DNA from: an uncultured bacterium | Lineage (GTDB): Bacteria > Actinomycetota > Acidimicrobiia > Spongiisociales > UBA5794 | Assembly: GCA_963801165.1 (NCBI GenBank) | Contig: CAWDDT010000004.1 | Location: 672,001 to 736,000 of the forward strand | Direction: 5' to 3' | DNA: 64,000 bases | In this document: positions 30,776-40,372 of the stretch, piece after piece | Layout of the letters: every line of letters starts with the position of its first letter | Position numbering within the stretch: position 1 is the stretch's first letter | The notes under the pieces: generated by a model | What the model was told of the DNA's origin: nothing | The model's database searches: none | Seen by the model: the letters and a program-made list of their open reading frames with translations, nothing else | Position numbers and translations under genes: made by a program

Positions 30776-32332
30776 TCAGCGAACGGCCACTCGGCGCTTT
30801 GGCGTTGTCTTTAGCGACAGGGCAGTCAAGGACGGGAAGCGGTTCTGTTGGGCGAGGATCACCAACGCCGCCCCGGCACCGTAGAACGCCCACATGACCA
30901 TCGCCACCTGCGCTCCCTCGAGAGTCGGGTCGAATATGCAGTTCACCAGGAACGGTATGGGCGTCACCATTATCCATCCCACGATCGCCGATTCGTGGGG
31001 CCGATCCCGGTAGCGGAGTCGTCTTCGTAACGTCTGCATCTCGGCCATCCACGTGATCCACAGGATCAACCACAGGATCAACCCGAGCCAGCCCGTCCTT
31101 GCCAACACGCCGACATGCGAGTTGTGCGGGTTGCGCAGTGGAGTCTTGTCGTCGGTGGTGATGCCGTAGCGTTTGCCGAGGTCGGGGCCGGGGCCGAAAC
31201 CCATTATGGGCGACTCATTGCTCACGTCGTTGAGTACCTGGGTCCAGATATTGAGTCGCCACTCCGTCGTCTGAGTCTGACGTTGCCCGCCTTCGTCCGG
31301 GTGGATGATGCTTGTGATGTTGTTGGCGAACTGCTCGATCGAGATGGTGCGCTCATCGAACAGAGCGATGTTGACCTTGAAGATGATGCCGATCGCACCG
31401 CCAAAGACCAGAACCGCAATCATCATGACCACCATCTCGAGACGATGTTTGCTGAGCATGACCATGACTACCGCGATCAGCACGAAGGAGGAAACCATGC
31501 CTCCACGGTTCTGCAAACCGGTGAAGACGATCACGAGGGTCGCTAACGTGGTCAGACCGCCACGCTGGCGTGGTGTGAACAGCCTGCTGTCTCCGTCCGC
31601 CAGCCACAAGAACGCGATCGCCACCGCGGCGAGCACAGCGATGTTGCCGTTGCGGTGTTCGAAGATGGAGACGTTGGAATCGGGGACCTTGATGCTCTTT
31701 GGTGCCGTGGAACTGAGCACAGTCGCTACCGGAAGCCAGATGAGCATGATCGGCAACAGCTTGGCGTAGCGCACTATCCAGTCGCCCACCCGGCGCGGGT
31801 CGGAAACCAATAGCATCGCCACGAAGAAGGCGGTGATCCCGTAGTACCAGATTGCCGAGTCCCGGACTGCGTCGAGTCCCCAGGGGATGATGGCGAGCAA
31901 GAGCAGGAGCAACCCCCACAGCATGAAGTTGCGCAGCGCCCGCAGCCCGGCGGTGCCGTGTGTGATGCTGCCGAAGCCGCTCCTGGCGCTGAGGATCACC
32001 CATATACCGAGGGCGATGACTGCTTCCCCGACGAATAAAGGTGTTCCGGGGACGTGGACCCAGGCGAAGGCGTGATCGAACAGCATGTAGCCGGCGAGCA
32101 CCACGAGCAGCGCCTTCTCGAGCCTGCGCATCTGGGGTGGCTCGGGCTTCAGGTATCGCTCGTCGGGAACAAGCAGCGGTGAGGAGCGCAGGGTGGCCAG
32201 GTGCGGGGAGACGGCCGGGCGTAGGGCAACTGCGACCGCCCCGATGAAGGCGGCCACCGTGATCGCGATGACCAGCCACGATGTGCTGGCGACCTGTGCG
32301 ATCAGTGATACGAAGGCTACGTTCGTCATCAT
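30776..32332 (-). CDS. Wzy/O-antigen ligase family membrane protein
   Basis: Many TM helices with a large loop containing WRLNIW...GFGPG and NPHNSH...GWLG, the Wzy_C-like pattern. Confidence 0.82.
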   Translation of the reverse strand: MMTNVAFVSLIAQVASTSWLVIAITVAAFIGAVAVALRPAVSPHLATLRSSPLLVPDERYLKPEPPQMRRLEKALLVVLAGYMLFDHAFAWVHVPGTPLFVGEAVIALGIWVILSARSGFGSITHGTAGLRALRNFMLWGLLLLLLAIIPWGLDAVRDSAIWYYGITAFFVAMLLVSDPRRVGDWIVRYAKLLPIMLIWLPVATVLSSTAPKSIKVPDSNVSIFEHRNGNIAVLAAVAIAFLWLADGDSRLFTPRQRGGLTTLATLVIVFTGLQNRGGMVSSFVLIAVVMVMLSKHRLEMVVMMIAVLVFGGAIGIIFKVNIALFDERTISIEQFANNITSIIHPDEGGQRQTQTTEWRLNIWTQVLNDVSNESPIMGFGPGPDLGKRYGITTDDKTPLRNPHNSHVGVLARTGWLGLILWLILWITWMAEMQTLRRRLRYRDRPHESAIVGWIMVTPIPFLVNCIFDPTLEGAQVAMVMWAFYGAGAALVILAQQNRFPSLTALSLKTTPKRRVAVR

Positions 32333-32440
32333 CGTCTCTCACGCCGGCGGCGGGTGTCGACCCTTGCCTGGACGGCACCCGGGCAACTGTACCCCCGGGC
32401 CGCTTCCCCTGTCCCCGACACCACACCCATTGTGAGGCTC

Positions 32441-34207
32441 CTATGCCGCAGTCTCGTCACGACCATTTGAGCCGCTTCGCCCCAGCATCTCGCGCCGGAG
32501 CGGTGCGAAGTTGTAGACGTAGCCGAGCACGGGCACGCCGACGATGCTCAAATAGCGTTGCAGCTCCTCGGCGACGGAGATATCGCTGCGGTGGGCAACC
32601 ACGATCATCACCCGATCGGCCAGCCGGACCACGGTTCCGCTGTGAGCGAGACGAAGTAACGGCGGGGCGTCTATCAGCACGAGATCGTACTCTTGCTCGA
32701 TCTCGTGGATCAGGTTGGCCGCCTGGGTTGAGGCGAAGAACTCGGGGATGCGCGTCCCGTGAGTGCCCCGGCGGAACAGAGTGATGGATCCTCCCGGGGC
32801 GCCTGTGATGTCGATGCCGACCTCGGCCAGCGAAGTCTCTCCGGCGACGACGTCGGTCAAACCGGGCCCGTCTGTGCCGTCGGGTACCAGCATCCTGGTG
32901 AGGGCAGGGTTGACGAAGTCGGCATCAACCAATGCGATCCGGCGGCCGGATCGTGCGGCCGCAAATGCGGTGTTGGCGGTGACGGTGGTCTTCCCGTCGG
33001 CGAGGGTGGCGGAGGCGACCACGACGGACTTGAACGGGTTGTCCGTCGCGCTGTGCTGACGCAGCTCGATGCCGGTTGCCACAAACCGGAACGCCTCGGC
33101 CGCGGCAGATTGGGGGGCTTCGGTCGTGGGCAGCGACGTGGTCAGCTTCTCGTTCCCGAACACCGGAACATCGGCGATGAGACCGGTCTGCAGGATCGAC
33201 TGCGGCTCGCTTCGAGCGTGGAATCCCCTGCTCCGCCTTGCCAACGATTGGGCGACGATCGCCCCGAGGATGGCGCCGCCGAGTATGCCAAGCACAAGTA
33301 GTGCCACCGGGCTCGATGGATCCGCTGATTCGGCAGGAGAGGTGAACACGACGATGGTGCTTGCCAGCTCGGCATCGACTTCGAGCTGATCTCTGCGTTC
33401 TTGGAGAGCGCCGAGCCGTCCCCGGATCGCATCTTGCTGGGCCTGGAGTGTGGCCAGCTGGTCGGGATCCTTGAACGTCCCGAGTGCGATGTTGAGTATG
33501 TCGACCCGGCCCTTGAGCTCGTCGAGTTGAGCGTTCGCTTCGTCAATGACGGCCTGGTCGGAGGTCGCCGGTGGCTTCTCGAAGGTGAGCACCGCATCGA
33601 GCGCAGCCTGGAGCTGGTTCTCGATGTCGACCTGGTTGGGGTCGGGCTTTCGTAGCTCCGCGAGCAGGCCGCCGACCTGGTTCAGCTCGACGGTGCGCTC
33701 GCTGATAGAGGCGTCGAGCTGGGCGAGGGCGTCCTCGAACGTGCCCTGGGCGCCCTCGCTGCTCACAGCCTGGTAGGCGCTGGCGAGCTCATTGGCCGCG
33801 GCGATAGCGGTCTCCGCATCTGCATTGGAATAGGAGATCTGGAGCAGATCGGTCGCCGTCGCGATGCTGACTTTGATATTGCCGAGCATCTCGTTGACGT
33901 CGATCACGATCGGTGGGTCGTACGTGGCCAGCTGGGCGAGGGCCCGATCGGCAACGGTGCGTGACTTGGCGATCTCGACCTGATCGGCGACATACCGTTC
34001 CGGGCTCAGCTGGTTCTTGACCTCGAAGACGATCGAGCTGCGCGGGTCCTGAACCGCGAGGGTGCTGGTCGCGGTCCAGCTCTCGTTGGTGCTGGAGTAC
34101 CAAAACGCGAGCACCGTCGCCACTGTGGTCGTCGCCAGCACGAGCCACTTGTAGCGCCACGCCGCACCCAGCAGCGTGGGCTCCAGATTCAGGTTGACGG
34201 TCTCCAT
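32441..34207 (-). CDS. Wzc-like polysaccharide co-polymerase with P-loop domain (copy 1)
   Basis: Wzz-like N-terminal TM, coiled coil and second TM; AEAFR, DGKTT, VDAD and LIDAPP; no C-terminal Tyr cluster. Confidence 0.85.
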   Translation of the reverse strand: METVNLNLEPTLLGAAWRYKWLVLATTTVATVLAFWYSSTNESWTATSTLAVQDPRSSIVFEVKNQLSPERYVADQVEIAKSRTVADRALAQLATYDPPIVIDVNEMLGNIKVSIATATDLLQISYSNADAETAIAAANELASAYQAVSSEGAQGTFEDALAQLDASISERTVELNQVGGLLAELRKPDPNQVDIENQLQAALDAVLTFEKPPATSDQAVIDEANAQLDELKGRVDILNIALGTFKDPDQLATLQAQQDAIRGRLGALQERRDQLEVDAELASTIVVFTSPAESADPSSPVALLVLGILGGAILGAIVAQSLARRSRGFHARSEPQSILQTGLIADVPVFGNEKLTTSLPTTEAPQSAAAEAFRFVATGIELRQHSATDNPFKSVVVASATLADGKTTVTANTAFAAARSGRRIALVDADFVNPALTRMLVPDGTDGPGLTDVVAGETSLAEVGIDITGAPGGSITLFRRGTHGTRIPEFFASTQAANLIHEIEQEYDLVLIDAPPLLRLAHSGTVVRLADRVMIVVAHRSDISVAEELQRYLSIVGVPVLGYVYNFAPLRREMLGRSGSNGRDETAA

Positions 34208-34523
34208 TGGTTCTCTCAGATCGATGGACGAGCGAGCGTACTACGAACCTCAATTGAAGCTTCGGCCGTAACGTGAATCTGGTCAAGCCCCACTTGGCCG
34301 GATCGCACCGCTCATTGTCCCGCCCCGAACCGTATTCTCGCAGCAATAGCCAACGCATGACCAAGGCTGGGCCGCGACGGAACGCCTTATTCACCGGCGG
34401 GTGGTGCAGTCGCTTAGGATCAGCGGAGCCGTGGGCCAGAACCACGGGTCAGCAAGCCCAATAACGGGCGGGGGTTGGACCCGTCTTCAACATGAGGGTA
34501 GAAAACATGAGAGGTAGGCAAAG

Positions 34524-35546
34524 GTGAAGCTTCTGATTTTTGGTGCGGGCGGGTTCATCGGCTCGAACCTGGTCGAACATCTGATCGAGCAGGGTGAACA
34601 CGAGGTCGTCGGTCTTGACATCTCCAGCGAGAAGCTGGCCGGGATCGAGGGCCCGAACTTCAAGTTCATCAAGGGCAGCATCGGCGACGCCGACCTGGCC
34701 AATGAGCTGGTGGCGGATAGCGATGTGGTGGTGGACCTCATTGCCTATGCCAACCCCAGCATCTACGTCACATCGCCTCTCGATGTCGTCAACCTCAACT
34801 TCTTCGAGAACATGAAGATCCTCGAGTACTGCCTTTCTCACGAGAAGAGGCTCATCCAGTACTCGACGTCTGAGGTCTACGGCAAGCGCACCCGTGACGC
34901 GGAGTATTACGACGATACGTCCGATCTGGTCATGGGTCCCGTGCAGAAGCAGCGCTGGGTGTATGCGGCGTCCAAGCAGCTGCTCGAGCGCATCATCTAC
35001 GCGCACGGTCTCAAGGGCGATCTCGAATACTCGATCGTACGTCCCTTCAATTTCGTCGGCCCGCGGTTTGACTACATGGTTCCCGCCGGTACGAAGGGTG
35101 GGCCCCGCGTGTTCTCACACTTCCTGTCGGCGTTGTTCACCGGTGGACCGATTCACCTTGTCGACGGTGGCCAGCAGCACCGTTGCTTCACCCACATCAA
35201 GGACGCGTCCGAGGCATTCTCGACGATCCTCGAGCACCCGGGCGGCCAAAACGAGATCTTCAACATCGGCAACCCCGACACCAACGTCACGATGGAGCGT
35301 CTGGCTGAGATGATGCAGACGATCTACGGCGAGCTAACCGGCACCAAGCCGAAGAACGAGTTCATCGTCATCGATGGTGAGGCCTTCTACGGCAAGGGCT
35401 ACGAGGACATGGATCGGGTGCCGCCGAACGTCGACAAGCTGATGAGCCTCGGTTGGAAGCCGACGCGTGATCTCGACACGATCTTCCGCGAGGCGATCAA
35501 GTACTACGTGGACCGTCCCGAGCTCACCGCTGAGATCCTCGGCTGA
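34524..35546 (+). CDS. UDP-glucuronate decarboxylase-type SDR (UDP-apiose/xylose synthase-like or ArnA C-terminal-like)
   Basis: GAGGFIG, STSEVYG, KQRWVYAASK, RPFNFVGPR, LVDGG and FYGKGYED. Confidence 0.85.
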   Translation: MKLLIFGAGGFIGSNLVEHLIEQGEHEVVGLDISSEKLAGIEGPNFKFIKGSIGDADLANELVADSDVVVDLIAYANPSIYVTSPLDVVNLNFFENMKILEYCLSHEKRLIQYSTSEVYGKRTRDAEYYDDTSDLVMGPVQKQRWVYAASKQLLERIIYAHGLKGDLEYSIVRPFNFVGPRFDYMVPAGTKGGPRVFSHFLSALFTGGPIHLVDGGQQHRCFTHIKDASEAFSTILEHPGGQNEIFNIGNPDTNVTMERLAEMMQTIYGELTGTKPKNEFIVIDGEAFYGKGYEDMDRVPPNVDKLMSLGWKPTRDLDTIFREAIKYYVDRPELTAEILG

Positions 35547-35594
35547 TATTCCATTCGCCGGTCTGGGCTTTCCGGCGGGAGGAGGGGATGAATA

Positions 35595-38015
35595 GTGGGG
35601 AAGGGTAAGGCATACAGTGCGCGAGGGTGGGCGTGGGCAACCGGGCTCACCCTCGTCGCAACGCTGTTGGCGGCAACACCAGTAGCGTCACAAGCAGTCG
35701 AGGTTGGGTCGGGCGACAGCGTCATGCTCATCTACGCCCACCCGGACGACGACATCATCACTGCGGCGGGGATCGTCGAGGCCGCACACGCCGCCGGCAA
35801 CGAGGTCGACGTTGCATTCTTGACCAACGGCGATCGCTGCGATTCGCCGTCTCAGTACTACGAGGGCAGCTACTGCACAACCAACAGTATCCCGATGAAT
35901 CCGCCACCCTCAGGGGTGCGGCAGGACGAAGCCGTCGCTGCCGAGGGGTTGCTCGGCATCACCGAGAGTCATTTGATCTTCCTCGGGTATCCCAACGGGT
36001 TCCTTGCCGACATCCGGGCCTTCGACGCACCGAGTGACACGGAGTTGGTTCACACCCAGACGTATGCTTCGCGCGGTCTCGGGTCGACCGACTGGCACAA
36101 CTACCACTTTGGTGGGCACGGTCAGTACACCCGGGCCGACATGCTCACTGATGTCCAGAGTCTGATCGACTCTTACCGCCCGGATCACATATTTACGCAC
36201 TCGCCGTGGGATCGTCACAACGATCACTACACGACGTATCTGGAGATCGTGGAAGCGGTCAGCAACATCCAGGACTCCGATCCTTCGTATCAGCCGCTCA
36301 TCCACACGACAATCGTCCACGTCGAGGACGAGGCGTACTGGGGTATCTGGCCTGCGTCGGCCAACCCGGCGACCCCGGTCAACGAATACCCCTCGCTCAG
36401 CAGCGACACCGGCAACGAGCTGGTCTGGGATCAGCGTGAGAGCTTCGCTGTGCCCAATACCAGCCTGAAGTCGCAAGCCATCGAGGCCCACGAAAGCCAG
36501 GCCCCAGCGGATGGTGGCTTCATCAGGCGCTTCAACCACAGCGACGAGATCTTCTGGGTAGAGCGGCTCGACAAGGCGGAGGGGATACCCGACAGCTACA
36601 CCGTCGACGAGGGCGGCTTGCTGACCGTCTCGTCTTCTGGTGTGCTCGCCAACGACGTTCGCGGTGTCGATGTCCCGGTGTCGAACTCGATCAATCCGAG
36701 CCCGCTCGGTCCGATGACCGCTCAGCTCGTGTTGGGGTCGGGGCCGTCGCACGCCGGCTCGTTCCTCCTCGGATCTAATGGGTCCTTCACGTACACCCAC
36801 GACGGCGGCGAGACAACCAGTGACTCGTTTTCCTACCTTCCGGTGCAAGGCTCGACCGAAGGGCTGCCGACCACCGTCACCATCACGATAAACCCGGTGA
36901 ATGACGGGGGTCCGACCGCCGTCGGCGACAGCTACAGCCTCGACAACGGTGCAACTCTGAACGTGTCCACGGGTAACGGTGTGCTGAGCAACGACACCGA
37001 TCCGGACAACGACACGCTGACAGCCATCAAGGTGTCCAACCCGTCGCACGGCTCGTTGACTCTGAACAGCAACGGCTCGTTCACCTACACACACGATGGC
37101 TCGTCGACCACGAGCGACTCGTTCACCTACAAAGCCAGCGACGGGCAGTACAGCTCGGACACGGCAACCGTGTCGCTGTCGATCGGCGAGGCGCCACCGC
37201 CACCGCCTCCGCCGCCCGGCGATCTCCTCGACGTCACTGTCAACGGCCCGATCACCGGGACCACCGGCAGTTCGCAGACCTTCACCGCGGTTGTGACCGG
37301 GGGAGAGGGAACCAGGACCTATGCCTGGACGGCGCAACGCAACGGGTCGACCGTGTCTACCGGCAAGCTGACATCGTTTACCTTCTCCTCGGCAACCGCC
37401 GGTGACTACACCGTCGGGCTCACGGTGACCGATTCGTCGGGTTCGGCAGGTGACACGCACGATTTGAAGCTGCTCGGCGACATCGCCGTTTCGCCGTTCG
37501 CCTCCGACATCATCTGGCTCGCCGATTCGGGAATAACCCAGGGCTGCAACCCGCCCACAAACGATCAGTATTGCCCCAACGATCGTGTGACCCGGGGACA
37601 GATGGCGGCGTTCCTGGTCCGGTTCCTCGGTCTCACGAACGTGGACCCTGGCATCGCTTTCGATGACATCGGAGGCACCGTTTTCGAGAGCAACATCTTG
37701 AAGATGGCGACGGCAGGCATCACCAAAGGCTGCAACCCGCCGGCCAACGACGAGTTCTGCCCCAACGACAACGTGACTCGTGGCCAGATGGCCGCGTTCC
37801 TGGTACGGGCGCTCAGTCTCACCGACATCGACACCAGCATCGGCTTTGTCGACACCGGCAGCTCCGTGTTCGAGACGAACATCCTGAAGCTGGCGACCGC
37901 TGGTATCACCAGAGGTTGTAACCCGCCCGCGAATGACCGTTTCTGTCCCAACGACTACGTGACTCGCGGTCAGATGGCGGCATTCCTGCACCGTGCCGAT
38001 GGACTGGTCAACTAG
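35595..38015 (+). CDS. Secreted PIG-L/LmbE-family deacetylase with Ig-like repeats, PKD-like domain and three SLH-like repeats
   Basis: Signal peptide; AHPDDD, R..EA..A...LG and HNDH; GVLAND/GVLSND Ig-like repeats; 3x GITxGCNPPxNDxxCPNDxVTRGQMAAFL. Confidence 0.85.
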   Translation: MGKGKAYSARGWAWATGLTLVATLLAATPVASQAVEVGSGDSVMLIYAHPDDDIITAAGIVEAAHAAGNEVDVAFLTNGDRCDSPSQYYEGSYCTTNSIPMNPPPSGVRQDEAVAAEGLLGITESHLIFLGYPNGFLADIRAFDAPSDTELVHTQTYASRGLGSTDWHNYHFGGHGQYTRADMLTDVQSLIDSYRPDHIFTHSPWDRHNDHYTTYLEIVEAVSNIQDSDPSYQPLIHTTIVHVEDEAYWGIWPASANPATPVNEYPSLSSDTGNELVWDQRESFAVPNTSLKSQAIEAHESQAPADGGFIRRFNHSDEIFWVERLDKAEGIPDSYTVDEGGLLTVSSSGVLANDVRGVDVPVSNSINPSPLGPMTAQLVLGSGPSHAGSFLLGSNGSFTYTHDGGETTSDSFSYLPVQGSTEGLPTTVTITINPVNDGGPTAVGDSYSLDNGATLNVSTGNGVLSNDTDPDNDTLTAIKVSNPSHGSLTLNSNGSFTYTHDGSSTTSDSFTYKASDGQYSSDTATVSLSIGEAPPPPPPPPGDLLDVTVNGPITGTTGSSQTFTAVVTGGEGTRTYAWTAQRNGSTVSTGKLTSFTFSSATAGDYTVGLTVTDSSGSAGDTHDLKLLGDIAVSPFASDIIWLADSGITQGCNPPTNDQYCPNDRVTRGQMAAFLVRFLGLTNVDPGIAFDDIGGTVFESNILKMATAGITKGCNPPANDEFCPNDNVTRGQMAAFLVRALSLTDIDTSIGFVDTGSSVFETNILKLATAGITRGCNPPANDRFCPNDYVTRGQMAAFLHRADGLVN

Positions 38016-38179
38016 CCAGCTTTGCCTGAAGAATGTATCAGCGCTGGCATGACCAGCGGCAGGAGGATGCACCACGGCTGGTGATGTCCTGTGAGCCGTG
38101 GGCGACGGGCGATCTCGGCACTCTGTAGGTCTGTAGGCTTGTTTTACCGGTAGGAATTCTTGTGGTCGAGAGAGGATCA

Positions 38180-40205
38180 ATGATGGCTCTTGGTGGCGTC
38201 AACGTGCGCCGAACTCTTCAGTTGCTCTTGGCTGTGGTGCTCGTGTTCGGGGCAACCTCGGTGATTGCATCTCAGACAGCGGACGCCTCTTTCCCTGGCG
38301 GCAACCAGTGGATAGCCTTTGTCGGTGACGGCGACCTCTGGGTGATCAATGCGGATGGAACCAACCTGACCCAGCTGACAACCAACGGTCTGAACCAGAC
38401 CGAGGCCGATCCCGTGTTCTCCGCCGACGGGAACCGGCTTGCATATGCCCTCGACCCGGGGTCCGGTGACTCTGCTGTCTACGTGGCCGACTTCCTGAAC
38501 GGGAACACGTCGTCGCCTTCACTCGGTGCCCCCACGCAGATATCTGCCGGCCCGATTGATGGTGCTCCCACCTGGTCGCCCGACGGGACTCAGGTGGCCT
38601 ACCAGCGGCGCGCCCTGGTTGCGACCGGTACCGCGACAAGTGCTGATGCGGCCGGGGTGACTCTCACCGACACGGCTGCGACTTTTGTCACCGACGGTGT
38701 CGCCGCGGGCGACCTGGTGACCAACACCAGTGATGGTTTCTCGAACGGTGTTGTCGCATCGGTTGGGAGTGAGACCCAGGTGACTCTCGTCGCCAAGCTG
38801 GCGGGGGGGACGGTGAACGATTGGGGCGTGGGCGACGCGTACATCATCCGCCGCCCGAATCGACAGGTCTTCAAGTCACCAGCCAATGGGTCGAACAAGG
38901 CCGGAACACGCTTGAGCCCGGCGGGTTCGGATACCTCCTACACCGATGAGAGCCCGGCGTGGTCGCCCGACGGCACCAAGATCGCGTTCGTCTCGACGCA
39001 GGACAATGCAAACTCCGATATCCTCAAGATGAACCCCGACGGCTCGGGCCGTTCGAACCTGACCACTGCCGGAACGCTGGATGCGGTGGCGAGCAGCCCG
39101 TCGTGGTCGCCGGACGGAGCCCGCATCGCCTTCCAGACATCCGAGGCGGCGGGCCAGCCATCAGCCAACAACGAGAACATTTGGACGATCACGGCTGCCG
39201 GCGCCGGCGAGCAGCAGGTCACCGCCAGCACGGACAACGAGGTCGAGCCGGCATGGTCTCCGGACGGCGATCTGATCGCCTATCGCAGAGCCGACACCGG
39301 CGGCGACAAGCTGTTCGCGATCGCGTCGGACGGCTCGGGCTCGGCAGCCCGCATCGGCAGCGCGTCGGTGCCCACGACAAACGGCGCTCCCGACTGGCGC
39401 CCGGGCCCTGAGAACCCGCCGGTGGTGACCGTCGCAGGCCCTGCTTTCGGCGCTCCCGGTCTGAAGGCGTCTTTCAGTTCGACGGTCACCGACGGATCCG
39501 GTTCGCGGACGTACGCGTGGTCGGTGACGCGAGGCAGTTCAGAGGTTGCCAGCGGTACCGCAGCTACGCTCGATTTCACTCCGGTCGCAACCGGGGCATA
39601 CACCGTTTCGCTGACGGTGACCGACGAAGTCGGAACCGACACCGATGTCTTCGACTTCACGGTGATGATCGACATCAGCTCGAGTGTCTTTGTCGGAGAT
39701 ATCGTGTGGCTGGCCAACGAGGGGATCACCAAGGGTTGTAACCCTCCGACGAATGATCAGTACTGCCCGAACGACAACGTGACTCGTGGTCAGATGGCGG
39801 CGTTCCTGGTCCGGTTCCTTGGTCTGACCGATGACGGCGGTGGGAACCTGTTCACCGACGACAACGGTTCGGTGTTCGAGCACAACATCGATATCCTGGC
39901 GACGGCGGGGATCACCAAGGGTTGTAACCCTCCCGCCAATGATCAGTATCTGCCCGAACGACAATGTCACCCGTGGTCAGATGGCGGCGTTCCTGGTGCG
40001 GGCGCTTGGTCTGACCGATGATGGCGGTGGCAACCTGTTCACCGATGACAACGGCTTGGTGTTCGAGCACAACATCGACATCCTGGCGACGGCGGGGATC
40101 ACCAAGGGCTGTAACGCAGCCGGTGACCAGTTCTGCCCGAACGACTTCGTCACCCGTGGTCAGATGGCAGCATTCCTCCACCGGGCCGATGGACTATTCG
40201 GTTAG
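38180..40205 (+). CDS. Secreted TolB-like (PD40) beta-propeller with PKD-like domain and three SLH-like repeats; one +1 indel near 39950
   Basis: Repeated PxWSPDGxxIAF. An extra base in CAGTATCTGC (the paralog has CAGTATTGC) splits ORFs 38162-40021 and 39831-40205. Confidence 0.82.
39701..40181 (+). repeat. SLH-coding block nearly identical to 42518-42997, with an internal ~186-bp unit
   Basis: Side-by-side reading shows about 14 substitutions, all apparently synonymous, plus one inserted base. Confidence 0.9.
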
Positions 40206-40372
40206 CTAGATCTACCTAAGAACGGATCAGCACTAGCTTGGGTGGGCCATCGGCTCGAACACGCAACGTGGCCGGTGATATGCTGTGAGCGGTGGGCCGG
40301 GCGTGTGGTCTCGACACTCTGTACGCTTGTTCTGCCGGTAGGTAAATCTTGTAGTCGATAGAGGGATCAATC

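Noticed and set aside
34524-35546. Bifunctional ArnA for lipid A modification
   Set aside because: No formyltransferase domain, no arnBCD neighbours, and the host appears to be monoderm.
35910-38180. 756-aa antisense ORF and many other long overlapping ORFs (for example the 5' extensions 12253-13155, 45059-45700 and 49292-49609)
   Set aside because: These are shadow frames expected from high-GC codon bias; they show no recognisable motifs and overlap well-supported genes.
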